Shown piece by piece: positions 10,661-22,061 of a stretch of 64,000 bases of DNA. The stretch covers positions 256,001-320,000 of the forward strand of contig CBDANS010000007.1 of NCBI GenBank assembly GCA_965197745.1, written 5' to 3'. A model generated the notes under the pieces. That model made no database searches and was not told the origin of the DNA. It was given only the letters and a program-made list of their open reading frames with translations. Position 1 is the first letter of the stretch. Each line of letters begins with the position of its first letter. The stretch comes from Opitutales bacterium. GTDB taxonomy: Bacteria; Verrucomicrobiota; Verrucomicrobiia; Opitutales; PNEW01. Position numbers and translations under genes: made by a program.

Positions 10661-12325
10661 ATGAGTTCCTCCATCATGGAAGATCTGCTGGCTGAGAGCC
10701 AGTTTGAGTTGCTTAAAGAAGGCGCCATTATTCCCGGGACGATTACAGAAATCCGTGAAAATGAGGTGGTCATTGATATTGGGGCTAAAGCCGAGGGGAC
10801 GATATCCGCATCGGAGTTTGTCGATGTTGGAGAGCTCCAGATCGGTTCTCAGATTGAAGTTTATGTCGAAAAACTGGAAGATCGTGATGGCAATCCCATC
10901 CTTTCCTACGACAAAGCTGAACAAAAGAAAAACTGGGAGAATATCCTTTCTAAATGTGAAGAGGGGACGGTTGTATCCGGGCGCGTGAAGAGTAAGGTCA
11001 AAGGGGGTCTCATCGTTAATATCGGTGTCGATTCTTTTCTCCCCGCCTCTCAAATTGATATTCAACCGCCCAAAAATCTCGATCAATATGTAGGTCAGAC
11101 CTATGACTTTAAAGTTCTTAAGATCAATCAGGAACGTCGCAATATCGTAGTTTCTCGCCGCGAGCTTATTGAAGAACAGCGCCTGATGAAACGTCGTCAG
11201 CTTCTCGACAATGTAAAGCCGGGTGATGTTCGCCAGGGAATTGTAAAAAATATCACCGATTACGGTGCCTTCATTGACCTTGATGGTCTTGATGGTCTCC
11301 TGCACATCACCGATATGAGCTGGGGCCGTATATCGCACCCCAGCGAAATGCTTAAGATGGGCGAAGAGGTCAATGTGATGATTATTGAGGTAGACCGCAA
11401 TCGAGAGCGTGTTTCACTTGGATTAAAGCAAACCACTTCAAACCCATGGGAGGGCATTGATACCCGCTTTCCAATTGGCTCCAAAGTACACGGGAAAATT
11501 GTTAATCTCGTGCCTTATGGTGCCTTTATTGAACTGCAAAGGGGTGTCGAAGGCCTGGTTCATATAACCGAGCTGTCTTGGACGAAACGTATCAATAAGC
11601 CCAGTGAAGTTCTAAAAGTGGGGGATGAAATTGATTCTGTGGTTCTCGCTATTCAAAAAGATGAACAGAAAATATCTTTAAGTGTACGTCAGCTCGATCC
11701 TAATCCCTGGGATATGGTCAAGCATAACTATCCTGCCGGCGCGCGTGTGCGTGGTAATGTGCGCAATCTAACAAACTATGGCGCATTTATTGAACTCGAG
11801 GAAGGAATTGACGGGATGATTCATGTCTCCGATATGTCCTGGACCCGTAAAGTGAATCATCCCAGTGAATTCGTAAAAAAAGGGGATGAAGTTGATGCTA
11901 TTGTCCTGGATGTGGATTCTGATAACCAGCGTATTTCACTTGGGATGAAACAACTCTCGGCAGATCCCTGGAGTGAAATCGATCAACTCTTTAAAATTGG
12001 TGATGTCGTAAATGGTAATGTTACTAAGGTCACGACCTATGGCGCTTTTGTGGATCTGGGAAATGGCATTGATGGTCTGGTCCATATAAGTCAAGTCAGC
12101 GAGGATCATATTGAGAAAATAAAAGATGTCCTTAAAAACGGCCAGGAGGTCACCTCACGTGTTATCAAGATCGATCTCGAAGAGCGACGCATCGGCTTAA
12201 GTATCAAAGCCGCAAATTACGATGCGGAACAACTCGCTGCCGAAACTGCTGCCTACGAAAATATCAAAAACGACGATTTGACAAGTCTGGGTGACATCCT
12301 TGATGAGGCCACCAAAATAGACTGA
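10661..12325 (+). CDS. rpsA: 30S ribosomal protein S1
   Basis: Six S1 repeats (YGAFIDL, GLLHITDMSW, RISLGMKQ). Confidence 0.98.
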   Translation: MSSSIMEDLLAESQFELLKEGAIIPGTITEIRENEVVIDIGAKAEGTISASEFVDVGELQIGSQIEVYVEKLEDRDGNPILSYDKAEQKKNWENILSKCEEGTVVSGRVKSKVKGGLIVNIGVDSFLPASQIDIQPPKNLDQYVGQTYDFKVLKINQERRNIVVSRRELIEEQRLMKRRQLLDNVKPGDVRQGIVKNITDYGAFIDLDGLDGLLHITDMSWGRISHPSEMLKMGEEVNVMIIEVDRNRERVSLGLKQTTSNPWEGIDTRFPIGSKVHGKIVNLVPYGAFIELQRGVEGLVHITELSWTKRINKPSEVLKVGDEIDSVVLAIQKDEQKISLSVRQLDPNPWDMVKHNYPAGARVRGNVRNLTNYGAFIELEEGIDGMIHVSDMSWTRKVNHPSEFVKKGDEVDAIVLDVDSDNQRISLGMKQLSADPWSEIDQLFKIGDVVNGNVTKVTTYGAFVDLGNGIDGLVHISQVSEDHIEKIKDVLKNGQEVTSRVIKIDLEERRIGLSIKAANYDAEQLAAETAAYENIKNDDLTSLGDILDEATKID

Positions 12326-12419
12326 TTTATTCATTGATAAATCATTTGAGGCAGAAGTTATACGCATATCAGCGTGTAATGATAGGCACTTAAAATGATC
12401 GGCTATTTAATAGTAAATA

Positions 12420-13925
12420 ATGCATAAGAGTCGTTTGTTTATTGCCTGCATTATTTCTCTTGTAACGACATCGTTTGGATTTATCGTTCGCGCATTTTTA
12501 CTGACTGATTGGGGCGTTAAATTTAATCTCTCCGAATCACAATTGGGTTCTATCCAAGGAGCAGGACTGTATCCCTTTGCGCTGAGCATCATTTTATTCA
12601 GTTTGATTATCGATAATTTGGGCTATGGGAGAACCATGGCGATCGCTTGGATTTTCCATGTGGTATCAGCGGTCATCACGATCACAGCGAACAGTTATGT
12701 CGCACTTTACCTGGGGACTTTTATGTTCGCGCTCGCCAATGGGGCAATTGAAGCGGTGATTAACCCTGTTACGGCTACTCTTTATCCCCGAAATAAAACG
12801 CATTACCTGAATATTCTCCACGCAGGATGGCCAGGTGGATTAGTCCTGGGTGGCATCATCGCCATTGCCATGAGCGGTATTAAAGTAGAATGGGCCTGGC
12901 GTTTGCAAATTGGGCTCTTCCTTATCCCCACATTTATATATGGTATTCTTTTTTTCAGGCAAAAATTTCCTATTCAGGAGCGAGTTACGGCTGGGGTCAG
13001 TTATAAAGCCATGCTTTCCGAATTTGGATGGATAGGATGCTTCATCAGTTGCCTTTTAATGGTCTATGCCTTTGACGAAGTATTGCGGGTTTTTCACCTG
13101 AATATAAATCTTTTGTGGAAGGCACTGTTAACGATTATTCCCACGGCCATTTTCATCATTAAAATTAAAAGCCCGGGTCGGCCGGTATTTGTTTTTCTTA
13201 TGTTTATCATGATTCTTGGTGCTACCACCGAAGTGGGAACTGATAGTTGGATAGCGTCCCTTCTGACCCCAATACTCTCCGACCTGAGCCAGAATGCGGG
13301 GAATTGGGTCCTTGTTTATACTTCTCTTATAATGTTCATCCTCAGATTTTTTGCCGGGCCCATTGTCCATCGAATATCCCCTCTGGGGCTTCTTGCCGTG
13401 TGTGCCGCTATTGCCTGTATCGGACTCTTTTGGTTGTCCGCGGCCACATCTGCCTTTATCATTTTTCTGGCTGCGTCATTTTATGGTGTCGGAAAGACCT
13501 TTTTCTGGCCAACCATGTTAGGGGTTGTCTCAGAGCAATTTCCAAAGGGTGGGGCGCTTACCCTCAACGCCATCGCTGGAGTGGGCATGTTAGCCGTTGG
13601 GGTTATCGGTAACCCGATTCTTGGCACCATTCAGGACAAATATCTGGATGCGCATCTCTCTGAGCAAAATTCAGCGCTCCATTCTAAAATTACTAAAGAC
13701 GAACAAACGAAATATGGAGTCACTTATCGGCCGCTGGATAAAGTTAAGATCGGCCAATTAACGGATGAAGATAAAATCGAAGTAGAGAGAATACGGAAAG
13801 ATAATAATCTAAGCACTTTAGCTAAAGTTGCTTTCTTACCGCTTGTTATGTTTTTCTGCTATCTCAGTTTAGTTCTCTATTACCGGAAAGCAGGTGGATA
13901 TCAGGTCGTAGCCTTGGGGAATTAA
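12420..13925 (+). CDS. MFS transporter (sugar permease-like)
   Basis: About 12 hydrophobic segments; LHAGWPGG and FFWPTMLG. Confidence 0.85.
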   Translation: MHKSRLFIACIISLVTTSFGFIVRAFLLTDWGVKFNLSESQLGSIQGAGLYPFALSIILFSLIIDNLGYGRTMAIAWIFHVVSAVITITANSYVALYLGTFMFALANGAIEAVINPVTATLYPRNKTHYLNILHAGWPGGLVLGGIIAIAMSGIKVEWAWRLQIGLFLIPTFIYGILFFRQKFPIQERVTAGVSYKAMLSEFGWIGCFISCLLMVYAFDEVLRVFHLNINLLWKALLTIIPTAIFIIKIKSPGRPVFVFLMFIMILGATTEVGTDSWIASLLTPILSDLSQNAGNWVLVYTSLIMFILRFFAGPIVHRISPLGLLAVCAAIACIGLFWLSAATSAFIIFLAASFYGVGKTFFWPTMLGVVSEQFPKGGALTLNAIAGVGMLAVGVIGNPILGTIQDKYLDAHLSEQNSALHSKITKDEQTKYGVTYRPLDKVKIGQLTDEDKIEVERIRKDNNLSTLAKVAFLPLVMFFCYLSLVLYYRKAGGYQVVALGN

Positions 13926-13979
13926 CTTTTGGCATATTAGCGACGGTGAGAAAATATAGTAACAGATAGCTATTTATTT

Positions 13980-15005
13980 CTACTCATCCCCGTTTTTTTC
14001 TTCGATCTTTGACTGGAAAAACTCTTGAAGCACTTCCATGCGTTGTTGTTTTAACTGTTCTTCGCGAATTTCTTCAGCATTGCGTTGTCGCTCATTTTTG
14101 GTTAACGATTTTCTCATCTTAGACAGCGCCATATTTTGAAGCTGACGGACTCGCTCACGTGTAATATTGAATACCAGGCCCACTTCTTCCAAGGTCATTG
14201 GTTTTTCATTATCCAACCCGAAACGCATGCGTATAATATTTGCTTCACGTTCGTTCAGTTGAAGTAACATCTTGTTGATGTCATTGATAAGCGACTTGTT
14301 GCGGAGGTTTTCGAAGGGATTAATGGCATTCTCATCGCCAACTAAATCCCCAAATTCAGTACTTTTATCATCACCTACCGGTGCATCCAGTGATGTGGGT
14401 CTTACACTTACTGATTTTAAATGGGCAATCTTGTTGGCAGGCATTCCCATTTCCATTGCCAGTTCATCATCGGTTGGCTCCCGACCAAACTCTTCAACAA
14501 GTTCAAGTGTTAGTTTCCTCATTTTCGCGATCTTGTCTACGAGGTGGACGGGTAAACGTATGGTCTTACTCTGATTAGCCAATGCACGTTTAATCGACTG
14601 TTTTATCCACCATGCAGCATAGGTGCTGAGTTTGCCCCCCTTGTCAGGGTCAAAACGTTCAACGGATTTGATCAAACCGATGTTGCCTTCGCTTATCAGA
14701 TCCAAAAGGGGAAGACCAAAATTCGAATAATCGTGAGCGATCTTAACTACTAATCTCAGGTTTGCCTGGATCATCTTTTTACGTGCTTCAGCATCGCCTT
14801 TTTGAATACGACGCGCGAGGGCAACTTCTTCCTTGGGCTTTAAAAGGGGGACTTTGCCGATTTCCTGTAAATAAAGTTTAATCGCGCTATGGTCAGAAGC
14901 CTGAAGATCATTCTTCTCCTTCGGCTTATCTGAGCTCGCGTCCGGTTGCCTCAAGACTTCAATAGCTCTGTCTTCAGATTGTAACTTATCGGCTTTTAAA
15001 CCCAT
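13980..15005 (-). CDS. RNA polymerase sigma-70 factor, RpoD/SigA family lacking region 1.1
   Basis: LYLQEIGKVPLL, ANLRLVV, DLISEGNIGL, STYAAWWIKQ and TLEEVG...TRERVRQ. Confidence 0.93.
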   Translation of the reverse strand: MGLKADKLQSEDRAIEVLRQPDASSDKPKEKNDLQASDHSAIKLYLQEIGKVPLLKPKEEVALARRIQKGDAEARKKMIQANLRLVVKIAHDYSNFGLPLLDLISEGNIGLIKSVERFDPDKGGKLSTYAAWWIKQSIKRALANQSKTIRLPVHLVDKIAKMRKLTLELVEEFGREPTDDELAMEMGMPANKIAHLKSVSVRPTSLDAPVGDDKSTEFGDLVGDENAINPFENLRNKSLINDINKMLLQLNEREANIIRMRFGLDNEKPMTLEEVGLVFNITRERVRQLQNMALSKMRKSLTKNERQRNAEEIREEQLKQQRMEVLQEFFQSKIEEKNGDE

Positions 15006-15229
15006 AATACAGTTAGGACACCTGCAATTATCTTTGGTTCTTCTTAAATTCCACCCAACTCATTATAAAGCGAATCCTCTTATTATGGCAATGGGCATAT
15101 CGCTAATCGCTCAAACGCTCTAAATATTGCCTAAAATATTGAATGGTATAAACTTAAATTGATAAATACTTCCCTCCTTAAAGGGTCAGAAGGAAAATTA
15201 TCACTCTATGTCAGATATCTTTTCGCTAT

Positions 15230-16726
15230 TTATCCTCGAGTCATACGCTCTGCTTTAGCTACGGCACGAAGCATCCCCTTAGCTTTATTAAGGGTCTCTT
15301 CAAACTCACTTTTTGGATGTGAATCGGCAACCAATCCAGCTCCTGATTGGATGTAAAGAGTATCCTCCTTAAGGAGCGCAGTGCGTATGGCGATACAGGA
15401 ATCAAGATTTCCATCATAGCTAAAATACCCGAGAGCACCAGCGTATGGCCCACGCTGTTCTCCTTCAAGTTCTTCGATGATCTGCATGGCACGGATCTTG
15501 GGCGCTCCGCTTACGGTACCTGCAGGAAAGGTCGCTCGCATGAGTTCAAAGGCATTATGCTCAGAAGAAAGAAGGCCTTCTACTTGCGAGACAATATGCA
15601 TGACATCCGAATAGCGTTCAACGATCATGAACTCAGGGACCTTGACGCTACCGAATTGACAGACTCGCCCGATATCGTTTCGCGCAAGGTCAACGAGCAT
15701 AAGATGCTCAGCCCTTTCTTTTTCGTCCGAGAGCATTTCGCGTTCGAAGGCAATATCTTCTTTGTCATTTTTTCCCCGGGGACGTGTTCCAGCAATGGGA
15801 CGAACTTCGACCAGACTCCCTGTTAATTTGACATGCACTTCCGGAGAAGCTCCCACAAGGGCGAACTCACTCGTTTCGTAAAGAAACATATAGGGAGAGG
15901 GATTAATAGTGCGCAGGGCGCGATAGAGCACGAGCGGTGATTGAGAAAATTGTCGTTCGAATCGCTGTGAGCCAACGACTTGAATGACATCACCTGCGCG
16001 AATATACTTTTTACTCCTGGTGACTAAAGCTTCAAATCCCTCTTGCGTGAAGTTTCCCGGCGGAACATCCATAGTACCATTTTCAATCATAGGTATCGGA
16101 GCCAACGTCCGACTCTCCTGTAGGGTATGATAAAGCTCCTCTAGTCCTTTAACCGCTTCTTCATAAGCATTTTCTGGATCATCCTCGATATGGGCGTTGA
16201 CAAGTAATCGCAGGGTTTGGCGAGCGCGGTCAAAAATAACTACCTTATCACTTATCATAAAATGAATGACGGGCATTTTAAGTGGATCTCCGCCAGCGAT
16301 GGAAACGGTAGGTTCGATACTATGAATATATTCGTAGCCTATGATGCCGACAGCGCCCCCGATAAATGGAGGCATGCCCTCTAATTTTACGGGATGATAA
16401 CGTGACATTTCTTTCTCGACGATAGCCAGCGGGTCCTTGCTCGGAGGGAGAGTCACTGTTTCACCGCCACGTTCGCTCACGACAATTTTATGATGATAGG
16501 CTTTGATCGTTTTTCGCGGTTGGCATCCGATAAATGAGTAGCGAGCAAGTCGCTCACCACCCTCTATCGACTCTAATAGAAATGCTGGTCCCGATTGATT
16601 CAACTTGAAGTAAGCGGATACTGGTGTTTCAAAATCTACCATTAAATCAGCGTAAACCGGCACCAAATTACCTTCTTTGGCCAGCTTTTGAAATTCATCC
16701 AGGTTGGGAACTATATTTATATTCAT
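15230..16726 (-). CDS. trpE: Anthranilate synthase component I
   Basis: FLLES, NPSPYM, PIAGTRPRG, EHLMLVDLARND and GTVSGAPK; start taken at ATG 16726. Confidence 0.93.
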   Translation of the reverse strand: MNINIVPNLDEFQKLAKEGNLVPVYADLMVDFETPVSAYFKLNQSGPAFLLESIEGGERLARYSFIGCQPRKTIKAYHHKIVVSERGGETVTLPPSKDPLAIVEKEMSRYHPVKLEGMPPFIGGAVGIIGYEYIHSIEPTVSIAGGDPLKMPVIHFMISDKVVIFDRARQTLRLLVNAHIEDDPENAYEEAVKGLEELYHTLQESRTLAPIPMIENGTMDVPPGNFTQEGFEALVTRSKKYIRAGDVIQVVGSQRFERQFSQSPLVLYRALRTINPSPYMFLYETSEFALVGASPEVHVKLTGSLVEVRPIAGTRPRGKNDKEDIAFEREMLSDEKERAEHLMLVDLARNDIGRVCQFGSVKVPEFMIVERYSDVMHIVSQVEGLLSSEHNAFELMRATFPAGTVSGAPKIRAMQIIEELEGEQRGPYAGALGYFSYDGNLDSCIAIRTALLKEDTLYIQSGAGLVADSHPKSEFEETLNKAKGMLRAVAKAERMTRG

Positions 16727-16999
16727 CCGATTAAACTTATGAGAAGCTGTTGATTTTGCGTCAGGGAACAAGCATATTTCTGACCTATAGCTTTACCCTT
16801 GACTTTTCAATAGCCTTTAAAATCAATCAGGTTAGCGTCTGCTTTTTTAACCTTTAAACATATCAATACCTTGTAGCAATATTAGGATTAAGCCTCACCT
16901 TTCAGTTTACCATTAAACAAAGGTGGATACGCCAGCTTTTGAATAACAGTGCTAATCAAATATATTTAACCCACTATCTAATCGAAAATAGAAATCAAC

Positions 17000-18316
17000 A
17001 TGAAAAGTTCTCTCCTCCCCATATCCACACGGTTTATGTTCAAGTTTTTTATAATTGTTGCCCTTTTTCCTGCAACACTGCTGGCCGGTGAACATGACGT
17101 TTTGAACAATGGTGACACTGCATGGATGCTCACAGCCACGGTACTCGTTCTCTTCATGACTATACCGGGACTCTCTCTCTTTTACGGTGGTTTGGTACGC
17201 AATAAAAACGTCCTCTCCGTGCTGATGCAATGCTTTGCCACCGTTGGTTTAATAACGGTCCTCTGGATTCTATACGGGTACAGCCTGGCATTTACCGATG
17301 GTGGTGGCTTGCACAAGTTCGTCGGTGGATTTTCCAAGGCCTTTTTAAGCGGCCTTACCGTTGATACGGTTAGTGGCACCATCCCGGAAACTGTATTTCT
17401 TACATTCCAACTGACTTTTGCCATTATTACACCTGCCCTTATCGTTGGAGCATTCGCCGAGCGCATGAAATTCAGTGCGATGCTATGGTTTAGCGCTATC
17501 TGGTTTACGCTGTCCTATTTACCGGTTTGCCATATGGCCTGGGGCGGGGGCATATTAGGTGATTGGGGGGTGCTGGATTTTGCCGGTGGTACCGTTGTTC
17601 ATATAAACGCCGGAATTGCTGGATTGGTGGCCTGTGTCATGGTTGGCAAGCGTCAAGGGTTTCCCCAACAGCCCATGAAGCCCCATAGTCTGCCCTTAAC
17701 CGTGATTGGGGCCTCTATGCTTTGGGTTGGCTGGTTCGGGTTCAATGCCGGAAGCCAATTGGCGGCCGATGGCGTCGCGGGGATGGCGATGCTTGTCACC
17801 CAGGTGGCTACTGCTACTGCAGCCCTGACCTGGATGTTCATCGAGTGGATTCGGCATGGTAAACCAAGCGTCCTCGGTATTGCTACCGGTGCGGTTGGTG
17901 GTCTAGTAGCTATCACGCCGGCATCGGGATCTGCTGGTCCCATGGGAGCGCTGCTTATCGGGTTTGCCGCAGGATTATTTTGCTATATCTTCTCAACTTC
18001 TGTGAAGAAAAAATTCGGCTACGACGATAGTCTGGATGTATTCGGCGTCCACGGAATAGGAGGGATTGTCGGTGCTCTCTTGACGGGATTGTGCGCGGCG
18101 GAGTTTATGGGAGGATCAGGAATGGCACACGAGACGCTTGGCCTTCAGCTCTGGAATCAATTACGGGGAGTCATCTTAACCATAGTCTGGTGTGGGGTGG
18201 TCTCCATAGTATCCCTATTAGTGATCGATAAAATTATCGGATTGCGTGTCACGGATGAGGAGGAAGTCATTGGGTTGGATATCAGTCAACACGATGAACA
18301 AGGCTACGAGATTTAA
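17000..18316 (+). CDS. amtB: Ammonium transporter (Amt)
   Basis: DFAGGTVVH, WFGFNAGS and DDSLDVFGVHG; both twin-His residues are present. Confidence 0.96.
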   Translation: MKSSLLPISTRFMFKFFIIVALFPATLLAGEHDVLNNGDTAWMLTATVLVLFMTIPGLSLFYGGLVRNKNVLSVLMQCFATVGLITVLWILYGYSLAFTDGGGLHKFVGGFSKAFLSGLTVDTVSGTIPETVFLTFQLTFAIITPALIVGAFAERMKFSAMLWFSAIWFTLSYLPVCHMAWGGGILGDWGVLDFAGGTVVHINAGIAGLVACVMVGKRQGFPQQPMKPHSLPLTVIGASMLWVGWFGFNAGSQLAADGVAGMAMLVTQVATATAALTWMFIEWIRHGKPSVLGIATGAVGGLVAITPASGSAGPMGALLIGFAAGLFCYIFSTSVKKKFGYDDSLDVFGVHGIGGIVGALLTGLCAAEFMGGSGMAHETLGLQLWNQLRGVILTIVWCGVVSIVSLLVIDKIIGLRVTDEEEVIGLDISQHDEQGYEI

Positions 18317-18562
18317 TCAGTAGCAATTAATCGAACCAACGGCGCAGATTTACAATTCTGAGTACGACACGCTCTATTACAGGTGTCGGGTGTTTATTAT
18401 TGAGATGGCGTAGTTCTATTTTAAATTCACAGAACATACCCGGTAGCTCCGCTTTAATCCGCACTGTTTCTCATCTCTATTGTGCTTAGGGAGTTAATCC
18501 CGCAAAAAAGGATAATTGGGTTGGAATTTAAGTCTTATTGAAGCATATTACTGAAGAGGGCG

Positions 18563-19846
18563 ATGAAATCGAAGGTTATATCCGTCATAATGGGTGGAGG
18601 TAGAGGCAAGCGACTACACCCGTTGACCAAAATGCGATGTAAACCCGCAGTCCCTCTGGGTGGGAAATACCGACTGGTAGATATTCCTATCAGCAACTGC
18701 CTGAATTCCGGACTCAATCAGATTTATGTTCTCACTCAGTTTAATACCGCTTCACTTCACCGGCATATTCAGGAATCCTATAACTTTGATCCCTTTGGCG
18801 GAGGATTTGTTGACATTCTATCAGCAGAGCAGACTGAAGCAGGAGAAAGCTGGTATCAGGGAACTGCCGATGCGGTACGTCAGAATATGCACCATTTTAA
18901 TGCGAAAAATAATGATCTTTTCCTGATTCTCTCGGGTGACCAACTCTATCGCATGGATTTCAACGCGATCATTGATCAACACCGAAAAACCCAAGCCGAT
19001 GTCACCATTGCGGCAAAAGCAATCCCCCTATCTCATATCGAGGGGTTGGGGCTCATGCACGTGGAAGATGATCTGGAGATCAAGGAATTTGTAGAAAAAC
19101 CTAACGATGCCAAAACGATTGAGGGACTTCAACTCAGTGATAAACTAATGAAAGGGATTAACCATGATGAAGGTGGAAAATACTGCCTGGCATCCATGGG
19201 CATTTATGTTTTTAACGATGAAACCCTTCGTGATTCGCTTAACCATATAACTTCTGCTGATTTTGGCCGTGAAATTATACCGCAATTATTAGGTAAAGTC
19301 CGGCTTTATAGTTATATCTTTGATGACTACTGGGAAGATATTGGAAGTGTTCGCGCTTTCTTTGAAGCCAATCTTCGCCTCACTGACCCGCTACCGCCTT
19401 TCAACTTTTTCGATCAGGACCGCGTTATTTACACCCATCCCCGTTACCTGCCCGCAAGCAAAATCAATAATGCGTCAATTGAAAATTCTATCATTGCCGA
19501 TGGGTGTATTATTTCCGGAGCCACCCTAAAACGCAGTGTAATCGGTGTGCGTTCGGCCATCGAGAATGGCACCCGTTTGGAAAATGTGGTGATGATGGGG
19601 CAAGATCATTTTGAAAATCTCGACGAACTTGATCACGATCTGGATTTTAATATTCCACAAATTGGAATTGGCAAAAATTGTTGCATCAAAGATGCGATCA
19701 TCGATAAAAATGCGCGCATTGGTGATAACGTGAAAATATCACCGGAAGATAAACCTGATAATTATGAGAATGGTGACATTGTGGTACGCGATGGTGTTCT
19801 TATTGTTACTAAAAATGCAATTGTCCCTGAAAACACCGAAATTTAA
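18563..19846 (+). CDS. glgC: Glucose-1-phosphate adenylyltransferase
   Basis: GGGRGKRLHPLT, KPAVPLGGKYRLVD, WYQGTADAV and a C-terminal beta-helix. Confidence 0.96.
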   Translation: MKSKVISVIMGGGRGKRLHPLTKMRCKPAVPLGGKYRLVDIPISNCLNSGLNQIYVLTQFNTASLHRHIQESYNFDPFGGGFVDILSAEQTEAGESWYQGTADAVRQNMHHFNAKNNDLFLILSGDQLYRMDFNAIIDQHRKTQADVTIAAKAIPLSHIEGLGLMHVEDDLEIKEFVEKPNDAKTIEGLQLSDKLMKGINHDEGGKYCLASMGIYVFNDETLRDSLNHITSADFGREIIPQLLGKVRLYSYIFDDYWEDIGSVRAFFEANLRLTDPLPPFNFFDQDRVIYTHPRYLPASKINNASIENSIIADGCIISGATLKRSVIGVRSAIENGTRLENVVMMGQDHFENLDELDHDLDFNIPQIGIGKNCCIKDAIIDKNARIGDNVKISPEDKPDNYENGDIVVRDGVLIVTKNAIVPENTEI

Positions 19847-19896
19847 CCGTTACACCGGTCTGAAAAAGTGATCAAAACTCTCTATGAGCAGACAGC

Positions 19897-20760
19897 ATGA
19901 CTACAGAAAAAGCCATAAATAAACTCCTTGTATGCACCGACGGTTCTGACTATTCGCAAGTATGTTGCCAATACGCCGCATGGTTATCGGGCCGCACCGG
20001 GGCATCTATTGACTTGCTCTACCTCACAGATTTGCGGCAATTTGAAGTGCCTCTTGTTGCCGACCTTAGTGGAAGCCTCGGTATCCAACCCTACCAGGAT
20101 ATGCTTACGCATCTTCAGGAATTAGAGAAACACAAGGCCGAAGTGATCGATAAAAATGCCCGTGATGTTTTCGCCAAGCATGAGTTAAAAAATTCAATTA
20201 AATTCAATCACCATACGGGTCTGCTCGTCGATTGCCTGGAAGATTACGAGAAGGACGTTGACCTCGTCCTGCTTGGAAAGCGTGGAGAAAATGCTGATTT
20301 TGCCACCGGGCACCTGGGTTCAAACATGGAACGTGTCATTCGCGCCAGTAAAAAACCTACGCTCACCACATCACGAAAATTCAGACCTATTAATAAAATA
20401 CTTCTCGCTTACGATGGGGGACCCAGCTGTCATGACGCACTTCAGTTTCTCTATGATAATGCAGCCTTTAATGACCTGGAACTACATATTGTCACGGTAT
20501 CTGAAAGCGAGGATGATAAAATAGCTTTTGAAAACCTTGAGCAGGCCAAGTCAGTTAATTATGAAGGTAAGGGTAAAACGGTTTTTCAATTACTTAATGG
20601 TAATGTGGAAGATCAAATTATCCGCTATGTTGATAATGAAGAGATCGACCTCCTGGTGATGGGAGTTTACGGGCACAGTCGCATCCGCTACTTATTGATT
20701 GGCAGCACAACCACCACGATGATTCGCGCCTGTCGTATCCCCGTGCTTTGCTTCCGGTAA
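19897..20760 (+). CDS. Tandem-domain universal stress protein
   Basis: Two USP domains (LVCTDGS; LLAYDGG) and LLVMGVYGHSRIRYLLIGSTT. Confidence 0.9.
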   Translation: MTTEKAINKLLVCTDGSDYSQVCCQYAAWLSGRTGASIDLLYLTDLRQFEVPLVADLSGSLGIQPYQDMLTHLQELEKHKAEVIDKNARDVFAKHELKNSIKFNHHTGLLVDCLEDYEKDVDLVLLGKRGENADFATGHLGSNMERVIRASKKPTLTTSRKFRPINKILLAYDGGPSCHDALQFLYDNAAFNDLELHIVTVSESEDDKIAFENLEQAKSVNYEGKGKTVFQLLNGNVEDQIIRYVDNEEIDLLVMGVYGHSRIRYLLIGSTTTTMIRACRIPVLCFR

Positions 20761-20917
20761 ATTGGCTATCTATAAACACATGTTGCGCGCATACCGTTAA
20801 TGTTTAGAACGCTATACATTGCATTGAGATAATCAGTAGGATAGCTTACCGGTTATCCGTTTATTCGGATTTAATTCATCAGTGTAAAATTGTGTTTTAC
20901 TAGTGGTTTAAAAACCC

Positions 20918-21976
20918 ATGCGGAAGATCATCCATATCGACATGGATTGCTTTTATGCGGCAATTGAGATCCGCGATCAGCCCGATCTTGCCAGGAAAGC
21001 AGTAGCAGTAGGCGGTACCTCGGGACGGGGCGTCCTTACTACCTGCAACTATGAAGCGAGGAAATTCGGGTGCCACTCTGCCATGCCCACTTTTAAAGCT
21101 CTACAACTTTGTCCGGACCTGATAATTCTCCCTCCAAATTTCTCGCTTTATCAGAGTGAGTCTCGTCGTATTCGCAAAATTCTTTTAAGTTATACACCGA
21201 AGGTTGAACCGCTCTCGCTCGATGAGGCCTTTCTTGATGTATCAGCTCTGCGGCGTTCAGGAGGGGAAATTGCCTCGGATTTGAGGAGAGAGATATATGA
21301 AACGACAAATCTTACCGCATCTTCAGGAATTGCACCCAATAAGCTATTGGCTAAAATCGCCAGTGATTGGCATAAGCCAAACGGTCAATTCGAAATAAAG
21401 TCAGAAGCGATTCCTGATTTTATGAAGACCCTTTCTGTTAACAAAATCTGGGGAGTAGGTCCGAAAAGCGTCGAAAAATTGAATGAGATTGGCGTAAAGA
21501 ATTGCGGTCAATTGCAGGGCTTAACGGTACTTGAGCTGGAGCGATTATTCGGTAAATTCGGCGATGAGCTCTATCACCTCTGTCGCGGGAAAGATGATCG
21601 GATAGTAGAACCTCATCGTGTGCGGAAATCAATGAGCAACGAGCGTACTTTCAGGGTCGACCTGGACTCCCTCGCTGAATGCGAACATGAACTCGCAAAA
21701 TTGCACCTGGAATTACGGAAGGAATTAGAGATGAACGCTTCTCATCGAGAGATAAATAAACTGTTTGTTAAATTAAAATTTTCAGATTTCAAGCGAACTA
21801 CGGTGGAATGTCCGGGGACCCATCCGGATTTAGAGGTCTTCAAAACATTACTTGAGGAAGCCTATGGGCGAAGCCTTTTAAACGTACGTCTGATTGGAGC
21901 GGGAGTAAGGTTTCGTGATATTGAGAAGAGCCGTTGGTCGCAACTGGATCTCGCCCTCATTGAGGGCGTGGACTAA
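20918..21976 (+). CDS. dinB: DNA polymerase IV
   Basis: IIHIDMDCFYA, TCNYEAR, SLDEAFLD and APNKLLAKIASD. Confidence 0.96.
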   Translation: MRKIIHIDMDCFYAAIEIRDQPDLARKAVAVGGTSGRGVLTTCNYEARKFGCHSAMPTFKALQLCPDLIILPPNFSLYQSESRRIRKILLSYTPKVEPLSLDEAFLDVSALRRSGGEIASDLRREIYETTNLTASSGIAPNKLLAKIASDWHKPNGQFEIKSEAIPDFMKTLSVNKIWGVGPKSVEKLNEIGVKNCGQLQGLTVLELERLFGKFGDELYHLCRGKDDRIVEPHRVRKSMSNERTFRVDLDSLAECEHELAKLHLELRKELEMNASHREINKLFVKLKFSDFKRTTVECPGTHPDLEVFKTLLEEAYGRSLLNVRLIGAGVRFRDIEKSRWSQLDLALIEGVD

Positions 21977-22061
21977 TCCCTGTAAACCAGGCAATTTCTC
22001 AAAGTAACGAAAAGAATGATGCTTGACCCATTCAGGGAAAAAACCAACTTTTAGCGCTCTT

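Noticed and set aside
10610..11338. 242-aa ORF antisense to rpsA, and the many other overlapping alternative-frame ORFs in the track
   Set aside because: These are shadow ORFs of well-supported genes and carry no recognisable motifs.
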